Shown here piece after piece: positions 1-8,529 of a stretch of DNA of 30,994 nt. The position numbers and the translations under genes were made by a program. Source of the DNA: a virus (Duplodnaviria > Caudoviricetes). Position 1 is the stretch's first letter. Each line of letters opens with the position of its first letter. The stretch is taken from the IMG/VR virus record IMGVR_UViG_3300016482_000018, positions 1 to 30,994 of that record, one strand, 5' to 3'. The notes beneath the pieces were generated by a model. It searched no databases. It was given only the letters and a program-made list of their open reading frames with translations, and was not told the origin of the DNA.

Positions 1-1198
1 TGACCCACAAATACCCATCACCAAGGCTTTGCGGCTTCTCCGCAGCACCAGAACCGAGTTTAGTCAGCTTGGCGATTGTCTCTTGGTCTTTGACCTGATT
101 ACCCAGTCCATCGTAGAACAGACCCGTGCGGTCATCGAACGAATAGCCACCAGCAAGCGGGATACGCTTGGACTTACCGCCACCACCCTTACCACCGCCA
201 CCAGCAGCATTACCCAGCGCACCGTAGTAACCGACCTTGGCGTAGTTCTCGGCTTCGGCGGACTTGTAGTAACCCTCTTTCATGGTGAGGTCGCGGTCCT
301 TCTGGCTCATCTCGTAGCTGTCTTTGAACTTACCCGGGAGGCTGCGGTAGCGCTCAAACGCCAAACGCTCAAGACCTTGCGTGGCCGTCTCGGTGGTAAT
401 CGGAGTGCTGGAGATGATCTTGCCCTTCTTATCCATCTGAACGAACGATGCACCCTTGCCATCGGCAGACGGCACGACTTTGGCGGTCATCTTGTCATCG
501 AGGGACGAGCCCTTACCCGGGCTGTTGTACATGTGTAGGTTGTTTTGCACGAACGCCACCGGATCTTTCTCGATCTGCTGCATCGAGGTGGTCATCCACG
601 TCGCAAAATCATCTTCCGCATTGGCGCGGTCATCCTCACGAGCGAGCTTCTTGACGTCGAGGGCTTGGCGATAGCCGTACGGGTTGCCCTTCTCACCCAT
701 CTTCTCGGCTAGGCGGGAATAGATTTCCTTCTGCGTCAGCGCACGAGTTTCACCCGTGGCCATGGCCTGCCCATCAGCGCCTTTGTAAACGTTGATGTTG
801 GACAGATCCATCACGGGCTTGCCGTCGGCACCGCGGGCAGCATACTCAGAACCACCGTAGGCACGAATCGCCGCCTGCTGCTCTTCCGGCGTGAGGTTCT
901 TCAGCGCGCTCTTAAGCGCACCCATTTGTTCGGCACCCGTAGACACCGTACCGTCTTCCCGCGTGAAATCCTTGAATTGAAGCCCGGTATCAAGTGCTTG
1001 CTCCACGCCCGTACCACCAACGCCTTGGCGCTGCTTCGAGATCTCGGCAAGGGTGTCATCGAACTCCTGCTCTTGATTGATGCGGCGCTTCAGCAGCTTG
1101 TTCTGCATCTGGGCGTTCTCAGCCGCCTCCAGACCTTGCAGTGTTTGAAGGAAGCTATTTGCAAAGCTCGCGCCCGCGTTCCAGCCTGATCCAGCCAT
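1..1198 (-). CDS. Putative internal virion/DNA-ejection protein (partial, runs off the left edge; not in the ORF track)
   Basis: ATG at 1198 just after the stop of the upstream gene; open frame to the window edge (MAGSGWNAGASFANSFLQTLQGLEAAENAQMQ...); Ala/Gly/Gln-rich helical composition; lies downstream of GNAT and pilot-like genes, where podoviruses encode ejection proteins. Confidence 0.7.
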   Translation of the reverse strand, partial: MAGSGWNAGASFANSFLQTLQGLEAAENAQMQNKLLKRRINQEQEFDDTLAEISKQRQGVGGTGVEQALDTGLQFKDFTREDGTVSTGAEQMGALKSALKNLTPEEQQAAIRAYGGSEYAARGADGKPVMDLSNINVYKGADGQAMATGETRALTQKEIYSRLAEKMGEKGNPYGYRQALDVKKLAREDDRANAEDDFATWMTTSMQQIEKDPVAFVQNNLHMYNSPGKGSSLDDKMTAKVVPSADGKGASFVQMDKKGKIISSTPITTETATQGLERLAFERYRSLPGKFKDSYEMSQKDRDLTMKEGYYKSAEAENYAKVGYYGALGNAAGGGGKGGGGKSKRIPLAGGYSFDDRTGLFYDGLGNQVKDQETIAKLTKLGSGAAEKPQSLGDGYLWV

Positions 1199-1201
1199 GA
1201 T

Positions 1202-2347
1202 TTACCTCACCAATTCGTAGTTGACGGCCTTGTAACCGTTGTCCATCGTGAACACAGCCTCCGGAATAATCGCTTCGACGTCCTGAGCCAGAACCCCAAT
1301 GAAGCGACCGTGGCCGCACAGCGGATGATCCTTGAACTCGTCCTTGTACTCGAACGCGTAGACCTTGATGCCACTATCCAGATCGCCCATGTACTCGAGG
1401 TTTTCTTTGAGCCGCTCGTCAGAAGCCATATACAGCTTGGCACCCGTAGCAGCCAGCGAACCCAGTGTGGAACCCAGAGCAGCGTTGTTAGAAGCATTGG
1501 CTTGTTGTTGTGCGGTGTATGAGTTGACATCGGCATTGTACTTCTGAACGCCCAGCGTACCGACGCTGTTCCAACCTTGCATGGCAGTCCCGGCGGCTGC
1601 GTTAGACGCCCCGCTCATCGTGTTCAGCGCTGCCAGACCTGCGTTGGTGTTACCCATGGCAGAGTTACCGGCGTTGAGTGCCACCCCCGTAGAGGTCGCT
1701 TGGTTGCCCGCCAGACCCATACCCAAACCGATCGCGTCCATGCGCTTGGCCCAGCCGAGCTGTTCGGCAGCAGTACGGGCCTTGGTTGCGGCGGCTGCGC
1801 CTGCCGCGGCCTGCATCACACCATTGGCATTGACAGCACCTTGATAGCGGCCGGAGGTCGGGTTGATCCCGAAGGACTGCATCTGCATTTCTTGCTGACG
1901 GCGTTGGTTGTTGAAGGCGTCATTGACGTCGCCCATGGCCAGAGCTGCTTGGCGCTCACGCTCACCTTCGGTGTTGTAATTCGTGGCCTCTTTAACCACG
2001 TCATCTTGCAGCGGGTAGAACTTGTCCTTCATGCGATCGTAGTACTCGTCCGCAATACCAGCGTTCTTTTCGTTCAGTGCGTACTGCTGCTCGCCAAGTT
2101 TGGTCGACATATCCGTGATGCGCTTGGATTCTTCCTGCATCTGCGGCCAGATCGTTTCTTGGAACATCTTGAATTGCTTTTCTGCAATATCGGCCATCTT
2201 ATTCTGGGCGATACCAATGTTCGGGTCAGCCGAAGGAGCACTGCCACCGCCACCCTTACCACCTTCAAGCGTCATACGCGCATGGCCACTGAAGCCAATC
2301 TTCTGGAACGCCCGTTCGGGCAGCATGTCAAAGTGGTCGTATCTCAT
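1202..2347 (-). CDS. Ejection/pilot-like virion protein with C-terminal peptidase S74 (intramolecular chaperone)-like domain
   Basis: Start probably 2347 (ATGA overlap with GNAT stop); GGKGGGGSAP near N-terminus, Ala/Gly/Gln/Asn-rich body, then ASDERLKEN...GVLAQDVEAIIPEAV...GYKAVNY, the S74 signature. Confidence 0.7.
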   Translation of the reverse strand: MRYDHFDMLPERAFQKIGFSGHARMTLEGGKGGGGSAPSADPNIGIAQNKMADIAEKQFKMFQETIWPQMQEESKRITDMSTKLGEQQYALNEKNAGIADEYYDRMKDKFYPLQDDVVKEATNYNTEGERERQAALAMGDVNDAFNNQRRQQEMQMQSFGINPTSGRYQGAVNANGVMQAAAGAAAATKARTAAEQLGWAKRMDAIGLGMGLAGNQATSTGVALNAGNSAMGNTNAGLAALNTMSGASNAAAGTAMQGWNSVGTLGVQKYNADVNSYTAQQQANASNNAALGSTLGSLAATGAKLYMASDERLKENLEYMGDLDSGIKVYAFEYKDEFKDHPLCGHGRFIGVLAQDVEAIIPEAVFTMDNGYKAVNYELVR

Positions 2348-2766
2348 CGCTTTATCTCCAGCCAGCGGCATTCTTCTTTGAGCATTCCGTACAGGATCAT
2401 GTCAGTCCCGTCGGTACATGCTCTACGAACCAGCCCCTCGCGCTTAAAACCTAAGTGTTCATCGAAACGTTGTGCATCCAAGTTATCGACCCGGACAAGC
2501 CCGGTAATTCTATTACATTGTAACTGAAGAAAAGGGTAAGCAAAACAACGCCATAGAAAATCTTTGTTCATCCACCGACGCCCCGGCTCAGCCGCACAGT
2601 GCATCATGATCGAAGGTCCGTTGTAGTTATTAAAAACAACTCCGGCGATTAGTTTCCCATCCTCTTCGAGCCCAATACCAATTGCAGGGCGCAAGTCTGG
2701 CTCGTCGATGCGTGGGCCTACCCAGTCGATAACCCGGTCATCTTGTCCGTAGATAACAGTTTTCAT
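2344..2766 (-). CDS. GNAT-fold acetyltransferase-like virion assembly protein (positional analogue of P22 gp14/T7 gp13)
   Basis: RITGLVRVDNLDAQRFDEHLGFKREG matches the RimJ/RimL-type GNAT C-terminal motif; located between tail tube and ejection genes. Confidence 0.8.
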   Translation of the reverse strand: MKTVIYGQDDRVIDWVGPRIDEPDLRPAIGIGLEEDGKLIAGVVFNNYNGPSIMMHCAAEPGRRWMNKDFLWRCFAYPFLQLQCNRITGLVRVDNLDAQRFDEHLGFKREGLVRRACTDGTDMILYGMLKEECRWLEIKR

Positions 2767-2975
2767 TTTCCGGAGGCATTGAGGCGAACAACAACTTCGT
2801 TGATCTTGTTAATAACATCGGCTAACGACGCAGTACTTGGCAACTGCTGGATCTCTGGGATACCCGGACGTGCGCCCGTGATGATCTCGATATTCTCTTT
2901 GATCGCAGTCAGAAACGGATAGAGCCGCAAGTCTTGCGTGGCGGCTGCTGGGATACCGGGCTTTCGGATGGTCAT
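2763..2975 (-). CDS. Hypothetical virion-associated protein
   Basis: 70 aa ORF with ATGA overlaps to both neighbours. Confidence 0.65.
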   Translation of the reverse strand: MTIRKPGIPAAATQDLRLYPFLTAIKENIEIITGARPGIPEIQQLPSTASLADVINKINEVVVRLNASGK

Positions 2976-4786
2976 GACTGCGGCACCTGACGAAGCTCGC
3001 CAATGGACGTGGCCATGGCGACAGAACGTACGGGAGTGTTACCAGAGATCTTGATCTCCCAGTCATATGCCTTGACATTTGCAGGCAGTCGTACAGGATC
3101 GGCGTTGGTAATCCCAGTGCTGTAGACCGGCACGCCGTCGGCGTACAGGATAATGTTGATCGTCCGAACATCCCCAAACGGCGGGATATCCTTGAGCTGG
3201 CTACCGTTGAGCGAGTATTCGTTTAGTAGAAACCCATTCGTGGGGGCAAGCTCCATCCCAGCAAGGGATGCGAACAGCGCTTCGTTATACGCCTCGATCT
3301 CCGCCACGTATTCGTTGTAAGCGTTGACGTCCTGCATATATCCGAAGTCCGCCTGCACCTTCAAAGCCCCAAAGTTGGTTGGCTCCGGCAGAATGAATAG
3401 CTTCGACTTCCACTCATACGTCTGATTATTCACCGTATCGGCATCCAGCTCGTAGATCTTGTTGTCCAGCGAGGAGACGATGTATACCGCACCAGTCGTG
3501 CGTTCAACGAACGCAGCCGTGGCACAACAGGAGAGATAAGATAGCGGTGGAATATCGTTGCGGCTAATCACAAACGACTTGATCCCCTCCTCAGCCTGAT
3601 AGAAACCGATGTACATGTTGTTGTACACGATGCCTAGAATCGACTGTGGATTGAGTTGCTGCCACTCGTCACGCGTGTAGAGTGGTTGTGTAATGACGTC
3701 TTGGATGCCCGGACCAATGGCCACGAGGCCGTTCGGAGAGGCATAGACCACGCCAAACTGATCCGACTCGATCGAGCGCTTGGAGATACACGGCTGCTGC
3801 ATCGGCAGCTTCACCTGCGACATGGCGGCTGGGTTCGTACCCGTAATCAGGTAGGGGTTCTTGGTGGTCATCACCACCAGCGTGCTCTCATAAACCCCGA
3901 GTCCGACGATGGGGAACTCAGTGGTTAGCACATACGAATCCGGCCACGCGTGCGGGTAGTACGGCTCGGAGAACCATACTTCGTTGTTCTGGAACCCGGC
4001 AAGGATGCCGTTAGGCAATGCAACAAGGCCCGTGAGCCCTGAAGGGGGTGGTGTCCAGTAAAGCGATGGCAGCGTTTGGCCAAGGTTTGCCACCGTAATC
4101 GTGTCTGCGTAGGAGGTTGTACCAATCGGCACTTCGGCAACGAGCTGGTAGTTAACCGTGCTTGCACCCGTAACCGAGCGGTAGATCCGCAGATGCGTGA
4201 TGTTGTACCCCGTGGTGGGGGCCGCGGCAAAGCCGCTCACCGTGACTGTCGCACCCGAGGTATTGCAGTTCACCGTAGCCGCAGGGCTCGGTGCAGACTC
4301 TTCCTTGACTGTATCGAAGCTCGAGACGTATGTGTAGACATAGGCCCGGGTCTCGACGGGAGCAGTACCCCCAGTAGCAGAAAGCGTCGGAGCGCCAGTC
4401 GGAGCTGGTACGCCCATGTACAACCACTGACGAGGGTATGCCCCGGACCCTGCGGCGGTAGCCAGCGTAGAGTTTGTCTTCTTGGGGGCACCGTCGCCGG
4501 TGTAATAGATTCGGTTTTGCCCTGTATCTGCGATGGGGCTTTCCGCGACGTCAACGTCGGTATCCCATGTCAGCCAGAACTTGTCGCCAGAGGTATCCGT
4601 CATCCGGTAGATGGACTGAACAGCGGCGATCAGCGGAGTATAGTTAAACACCGGGTTGCGCCATGAGCGCAGCTCACCAGATTGCAGTTTGACGTTAAAC
4701 GACTCTTGCGCTTGGTTTGCCTGTAGTTGGGCAGGGCCAGTCCGGGGTGAAACCCCAGAGAACCCTTGCAGTTTAATGAAAGGCAT
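2972..4786 (-). CDS. Tail tubular B / packaged-DNA stabilisation protein (nozzle-like)
   Basis: 604 aa, beta-rich; WFSEPYYPHAWP, GVVYASPNGLV and YEWKSKLF segments typical of podovirus nozzle proteins; GGAGG RBS; synteny. Confidence 0.7.
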   Translation of the reverse strand: MPFIKLQGFSGVSPRTGPAQLQANQAQESFNVKLQSGELRSWRNPVFNYTPLIAAVQSIYRMTDTSGDKFWLTWDTDVDVAESPIADTGQNRIYYTGDGAPKKTNSTLATAAGSGAYPRQWLYMGVPAPTGAPTLSATGGTAPVETRAYVYTYVSSFDTVKEESAPSPAATVNCNTSGATVTVSGFAAAPTTGYNITHLRIYRSVTGASTVNYQLVAEVPIGTTSYADTITVANLGQTLPSLYWTPPPSGLTGLVALPNGILAGFQNNEVWFSEPYYPHAWPDSYVLTTEFPIVGLGVYESTLVVMTTKNPYLITGTNPAAMSQVKLPMQQPCISKRSIESDQFGVVYASPNGLVAIGPGIQDVITQPLYTRDEWQQLNPQSILGIVYNNMYIGFYQAEEGIKSFVISRNDIPPLSYLSCCATAAFVERTTGAVYIVSSLDNKIYELDADTVNNQTYEWKSKLFILPEPTNFGALKVQADFGYMQDVNAYNEYVAEIEAYNEALFASLAGMELAPTNGFLLNEYSLNGSQLKDIPPFGDVRTINIILYADGVPVYSTGITNADPVRLPANVKAYDWEIKISGNTPVRSVAMATSIGELRQVPQS

Positions 4787-4804
4787 AGCCCTACCCTCCT
4801 ACGA

Positions 4805-5035
4805 TTACTTGGCCGGAGCTTCAGGAGTCTTGGTTTCGTCCTTGACTTCCTTCGTAGCCTTCTTCGGCTTTTCCATCGCCTCGATTGCAGCTTGGCCGTC
4901 GTCAGTGACAGTCAGAACACCTTCTTCATTCGTACGAGCCAACGTCTTACGGTCGCCCATCACGCCAGCGACAACGTTGCCACCAACCAGTTCAGCACCC
5001 GGGACTTCGAGCAGTTTTTCGATCGTGATTGCCAT
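4805..5035 (-). CDS. Hypothetical protein, Lys/Glu-rich C-terminus
   Basis: 76 aa, AGGAG RBS upstream. Confidence 0.65.
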   Translation of the reverse strand: MAITIEKLLEVPGAELVGGNVVAGVMGDRKTLARTNEEGVLTVTDDGQAAIEAMEKPKKATKEVKDETKTPEAPAK

Positions 5036-5043
5036 GTTTGCTC

Positions 5044-5652
5044 CTATGCAATAGCAGTTGTGATTTGGGCGTAGAGTTGTTTGCGGTGTTCTAGCCCGTT
5101 GGTTCCACCGTTTACTCGCTTACTCATGCCGATTATATCCCGAGAATCGGCTAAGTCGTTCAATCCATTGGTTTTCCAGAACCATGCTGCCGTCATCGCG
5201 GCGTGCTCCGGGGTTGCTACTAGGTCTGGGTTTTCGAGTACATCCACATGAGATACTTGGCTGTATGCCTTGTACTGCGCCTTACCTGTGAGTTGGATCA
5301 ACCCGCGGCCACGATACTTCCAGCCGTCACCAGAGAGCTCCGAGGCGTTACCCATACGGGCCTGATACACGCGGTTGGCAATCTTCTCAGGCTTGCGTGC
5401 ATAAATCGCCGCTTCCAGTGTGGTGAAGTATTTCGGGAACGTCTTGAGCAACCCATCCTGCGAGTAGTTCAAGTTCTCGACGAGGTTCCGGAAGTTGTTT
5501 GACTCGTGCGCACACTGGGTTAGCCAGCCTGCCACGCGAAGCGGGGTGTTGATTTCGTATTTCTCAGCCGCAGCAGCAAGAAAGGGAGCCCACTTTTCAG
5601 CGGCCCCCTTGTCGCAGATCTTCGCTTTGGTGAGCAGTTCTGGTGTGATCAT
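5044..5652 (-). CDS. Endolysin, glycoside hydrolase family 19
   Basis: QCAHES, ENLNYS, GDGWKYRGRGLIQLTGK, AAWFW and RVNGGTNGLEHR motifs of phage GH19 lysins. Confidence 0.93.
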   Translation of the reverse strand: MITPELLTKAKICDKGAAEKWAPFLAAAAEKYEINTPLRVAGWLTQCAHESNNFRNLVENLNYSQDGLLKTFPKYFTTLEAAIYARKPEKIANRVYQARMGNASELSGDGWKYRGRGLIQLTGKAQYKAYSQVSHVDVLENPDLVATPEHAAMTAAWFWKTNGLNDLADSRDIIGMSKRVNGGTNGLEHRKQLYAQITTAIA

Positions 5653-6023
5653 TTAGTCAAAGCCTTGCGAGAGTAGAAGAGCGTGCGATCACCAAACAGG
5701 TAGAACCCGATGGCCGATGCGAAGTTATCGATGGCCGGGGTAGCAGACCCGCTGAGAGAAGTCCAAGCCCACGTAACCATGACGATAATTGCAGCCACAG
5801 GGCGCATCAAACGGACAATTGCTTCAACCCATAAGTAGCTCTGGTTAGTGCCACCAGCCTCATTCATAGCCTTGAACATATCAAGGTCGAGGGTTCGCAT
5901 CTGCACATACTGCTCGATGTTGGCGGGTTTGAATTCATCCGGAGCGAAGAACTTCTGAATGAGTGCCTTACCTGCGTCGATAGCAAGAGGCCCCAGAGCT
6001 GCGAGGATGGTGATCGGGTCCAT
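5649..6023 (-). CDS. Holin-like membrane protein
   Basis: Hydrophobic segments (MRPVAAIIVMVTWAW; FASAIGFYLFGDR); immediately upstream of endolysin. Confidence 0.6.
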   Translation of the reverse strand: MDPITILAALGPLAIDAGKALIQKFFAPDEFKPANIEQYVQMRTLDLDMFKAMNEAGGTNQSYLWVEAIVRLMRPVAAIIVMVTWAWTSLSGSATPAIDNFASAIGFYLFGDRTLFYSRKALTK

Positions 6024-6232
6024 TAGTGTTTACCGAATACGTTAGTTAGGACGAATGTGACAAACCCACCAAAGAACGAAGCAATCGTCATACCGACCCA
6101 GAAGCCACCCTTAGACTTGTTGGCTAGCTCTAACAGCGCTTTAATGTCTTTGTTCATGGACGACACTGTGGCCTCCAGATGCTCGACTTTGGCTGTTAGC
6201 TGTCCGTAGTGGACCGGATCGATGTCACTCAT
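6023..6232 (-). CDS. Small coiled-coil plus transmembrane protein (holin/antiholin-like)
   Basis: N-terminal coiled coil then KGGFWVGMTIASFFGGFVTFVL hydrophobic helix; in lysis cluster. Confidence 0.6.
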   Translation of the reverse strand: MSDIDPVHYGQLTAKVEHLEATVSSMNKDIKALLELANKSKGGFWVGMTIASFFGGFVTFVLTNVFGKH

Positions 6233-6239
6233 GGCGTCC

Positions 6240-6602
6240 TCACTTCAGATGCTTCAGCTTGTAGAGGGTGGTTAAGTAGAGACCTACAACTGCGTCAATC
6301 TCGTTCTGGATAGCCGTTTCCGACTTCTCAACCGCAGTATAACGAACCTTCTCAAGCCATTCAAGGTGTCGCGTCAGGACTTTAACAGGATCGTCAAGAT
6401 CTTCGTCATCTTCCAACAGGGGGATCTCGTCGATGATCCCATTCCGACCTTGGTACATCTCTGCAACGCTGTCTGCCAAAGGCACAATCTCCTCGTAAAA
6501 CGAGCCCAGCGCCAAATGCTTGGATAGGCTATCCGTCTTAAGGTGGATTCGATGTGCGATGTCCCGGCTAAGAAACATGATGGCGAGCAGGCGTCCGATC
6601 AT
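6240..6602 (-). CDS. Ferritin/Dps-like four-helix-bundle protein (DUF5856-like)
   Basis: AHRIHL...KHLALGSFYEEI...DSVAEMYQG and QNEIDAVVGLYLTTLYKL resemble Dps-like metal-binding helices. Confidence 0.7.
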   Translation of the reverse strand: MIGRLLAIMFLSRDIAHRIHLKTDSLSKHLALGSFYEEIVPLADSVAEMYQGRNGIIDEIPLLEDDEDLDDPVKVLTRHLEWLEKVRYTAVEKSETAIQNEIDAVVGLYLTTLYKLKHLK

Positions 6603-6605
6603 GAT

Positions 6606-6920
6606 TTACACCGCCGTCGTAGTGTCCGGAGTTACGAGTTCCGGAATTACAGGTTCCGGAGGAGCTGGAGGGGTCCACTGTTCCCACACTTGAACACAAG
6701 CGTTTGCCCACTGGGGGAGTTCTGTGATTTCCTGATTAGCAGGTTTTGGGGTAAACGGATCTTCGTCGTCACGGAACTCGATCCAACCGCGAGTGTCATA
6801 CCACTGCAACGCGTGCACGTCTGATGGAATACCACAAACGGACAAGTCGAGAGGGCCGTGAGAACCGTCACCACCAACTGATACAAAATTGTCTACCGGA
6901 ATAATTGTTAAACGCATCAT
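6606..6920 (-). CDS. Tail-associated hypothetical protein (possible fibre assembly chaperone)
   Basis: MRLTIIP.D...VHALQW...GWIEF pattern; follows fibre genes. Confidence 0.55.
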   Translation of the reverse strand: MMRLTIIPVDNFVSVGGDGSHGPLDLSVCGIPSDVHALQWYDTRGWIEFRDDEDPFTPKPANQEITELPQWANACVQVWEQWTPPAPPEPVIPELVTPDTTTAV

Positions 6921-7225
6921 TTCACCTCGATGACTTTAAGGTTGGGGTTGTTTTGTGTTGCTGCAGCAATAAGCACTTGCTGAGATACTTCGTTGGCTTT
7001 GACCATCTCGTTGCGGAACGACTCGACCGCCGCACCGGTTTGGCGTTGCTGTTGGCTGTTCTCGATTAGAAGCATAGGCATCCACGCCATAGCGCAGCCA
7101 TGCTCGTCAACGTCCGCCCCTGTGTTTGGGTTGGTTCCACGGATAGCCATAAACCACGCACAGTCAAATTGCTTGCATGGTTCAAAACCGTTTAATGGGC
7201 AGTTCGGTTTAGCCTCAATCTTCAT
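6917..7225 (-). CDS. Cys-containing hypothetical protein of the tail module
   Basis: CPL...C...CAWF...GCAMAW, then coiled coil; translationally coupled to neighbours. Confidence 0.6.
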   Translation of the reverse strand: MKIEAKPNCPLNGFEPCKQFDCAWFMAIRGTNPNTGADVDEHGCAMAWMPMLLIENSQQQRQTGAAVESFRNEMVKANEVSQQVLIAAATQNNPNLKVIEVK

Positions 7226-7740
7226 TAGTTCTTGCTCGCAATGATAAGGTCAACGTATTGGACATTTAGCGTGATTGCACTGGACGAACCCGTTGCGGAA
7301 CCGGACATTGAGTGGGAGTGGGAGCCGCCGCCGCCGACTCCGTCTGTCGTTCCTTCCCAGCCGCCCTGGTGGATGCTCAATCCGACATAAGAGTCGCCAC
7401 CTGACAAACCTCTATAAACACCGTAAACTGCATGGCTATGACTCGGCATCTGTGCTGTTGAAAGCGTTGTTGCCCCAGCGCTTAAACCGCTTGTGTTCAC
7501 CGAGATAGTCGGGGTTTGATTCTGGAAACAGGTCGAAAACGCAGAAGTACCACCACTTGATGCGGTGCCAGAAACAACACGGAGCGCCTTGTCGTTATGC
7601 GTGGTTTGCTTTGTCCAGCCTGTCGGAGCAGCCGTTTGCTGGAATAGCATTAGTGTCCCAGTTGGGATTTCCACACCAGTAGTGGATTGTGAGGTAGCAT
7701 CATTGAATGTAATGCCTGCTGCCGTAAGCGTAGTAGTCAT
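7225..7740 (-). CDS. Tail fibre tip / tail-collar-like protein
   Basis: IPTGTLMLFQQTAAPTGWTK and TLSTAQMPSHSH...GGGGSHSH (HxH metal-binding fibre motifs). Confidence 0.75.
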   Translation of the reverse strand: MTTTLTAAGITFNDATSQSTTGVEIPTGTLMLFQQTAAPTGWTKQTTHNDKALRVVSGTASSGGTSAFSTCFQNQTPTISVNTSGLSAGATTLSTAQMPSHSHAVYGVYRGLSGGDSYVGLSIHQGGWEGTTDGVGGGGSHSHSMSGSATGSSSAITLNVQYVDLIIASKN

Positions 7741-7743
7741 CGT

Positions 7744-8529
7744 TTACTCCTTGTTCTCAAGCTGCTCAACACGGGCAGCGAGAACCTTAACTGCCTCAAC
7801 CAGAATTGCTGTGATGTTACCATACACAACAGATAAATATCCATCGTCGTTTTCTTTGACTAGGCATGGTACTACCTTTTGTACTTCTTGAGCGATGAAC
7901 CCAATATCAGGAACTCCGTTCTTCAGAAATGATGCACCACGAAGCGCAAGCACAATGCCTAGAGCGTCTGTAAGTGTCTTAACCTCCGACTTAAATCGCT
8001 CGTCTGAAGTCGCTGCAATATTGCCGACAGCAAAGAAGTTGCCGGTGGTGTCAAAATACCCCATCTCGGTGCCTGTGGCGTTGCTGACGGTTAGTGCTTT
8101 TGTCGACGAAGCCCCAAGACCTCCGCGGACTGTGCCGTTGTCTTTGAGTGTAATCTTACGGACGGTGCTATCAGTGCTATTAACTTCAAGGGGCGTGCCA
8201 GCGTTGCTGATCTCTCCACCTTCAACATCAAATTTAGCATCCAGCCCTGCAGCAGTAATACGTAGCTCCAGCTTATCACCAGCGGAATACGCACGCGACG
8301 CAGTGCCATCTTGACCTCGAACAACAGTTAGCGTATCACCTGCGCGGGCCGTTACCTTAACAATCTCAATCAGATTCGAGGAGTTGATAAGTGTGGCATA
8401 GAAGTAATCATCACTACCAAGCGTAGGGAATGCAGCCCCACGTCCAGCAGTAAGGATAATCGCAGTGCTTGTCGAAGAAATAGCGCTAGCTAGTGGTGCT
8501 GACGCGTTGTTTGTAAACTTAATTCCCAT
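7744..8529 (-). CDS. Tail fibre protein with C-terminal peptidase S74 domain
   Basis: EIVKVTARAGDTLTVVRGQDGT N-domain; TSDERFKS...IGFIAQEVQKVVP...LSVVYG plus terminal coiled coil. Confidence 0.8.
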   Translation of the reverse strand: MGIKFTNNASAPLASAISSTSTAIILTAGRGAAFPTLGSDDYFYATLINSSNLIEIVKVTARAGDTLTVVRGQDGTASRAYSAGDKLELRITAAGLDAKFDVEGGEISNAGTPLEVNSTDSTVRKITLKDNGTVRGGLGASSTKALTVSNATGTEMGYFDTTGNFFAVGNIAATSDERFKSEVKTLTDALGIVLALRGASFLKNGVPDIGFIAQEVQKVVPCLVKENDDGYLSVVYGNITAILVEAVKVLAARVEQLENKE

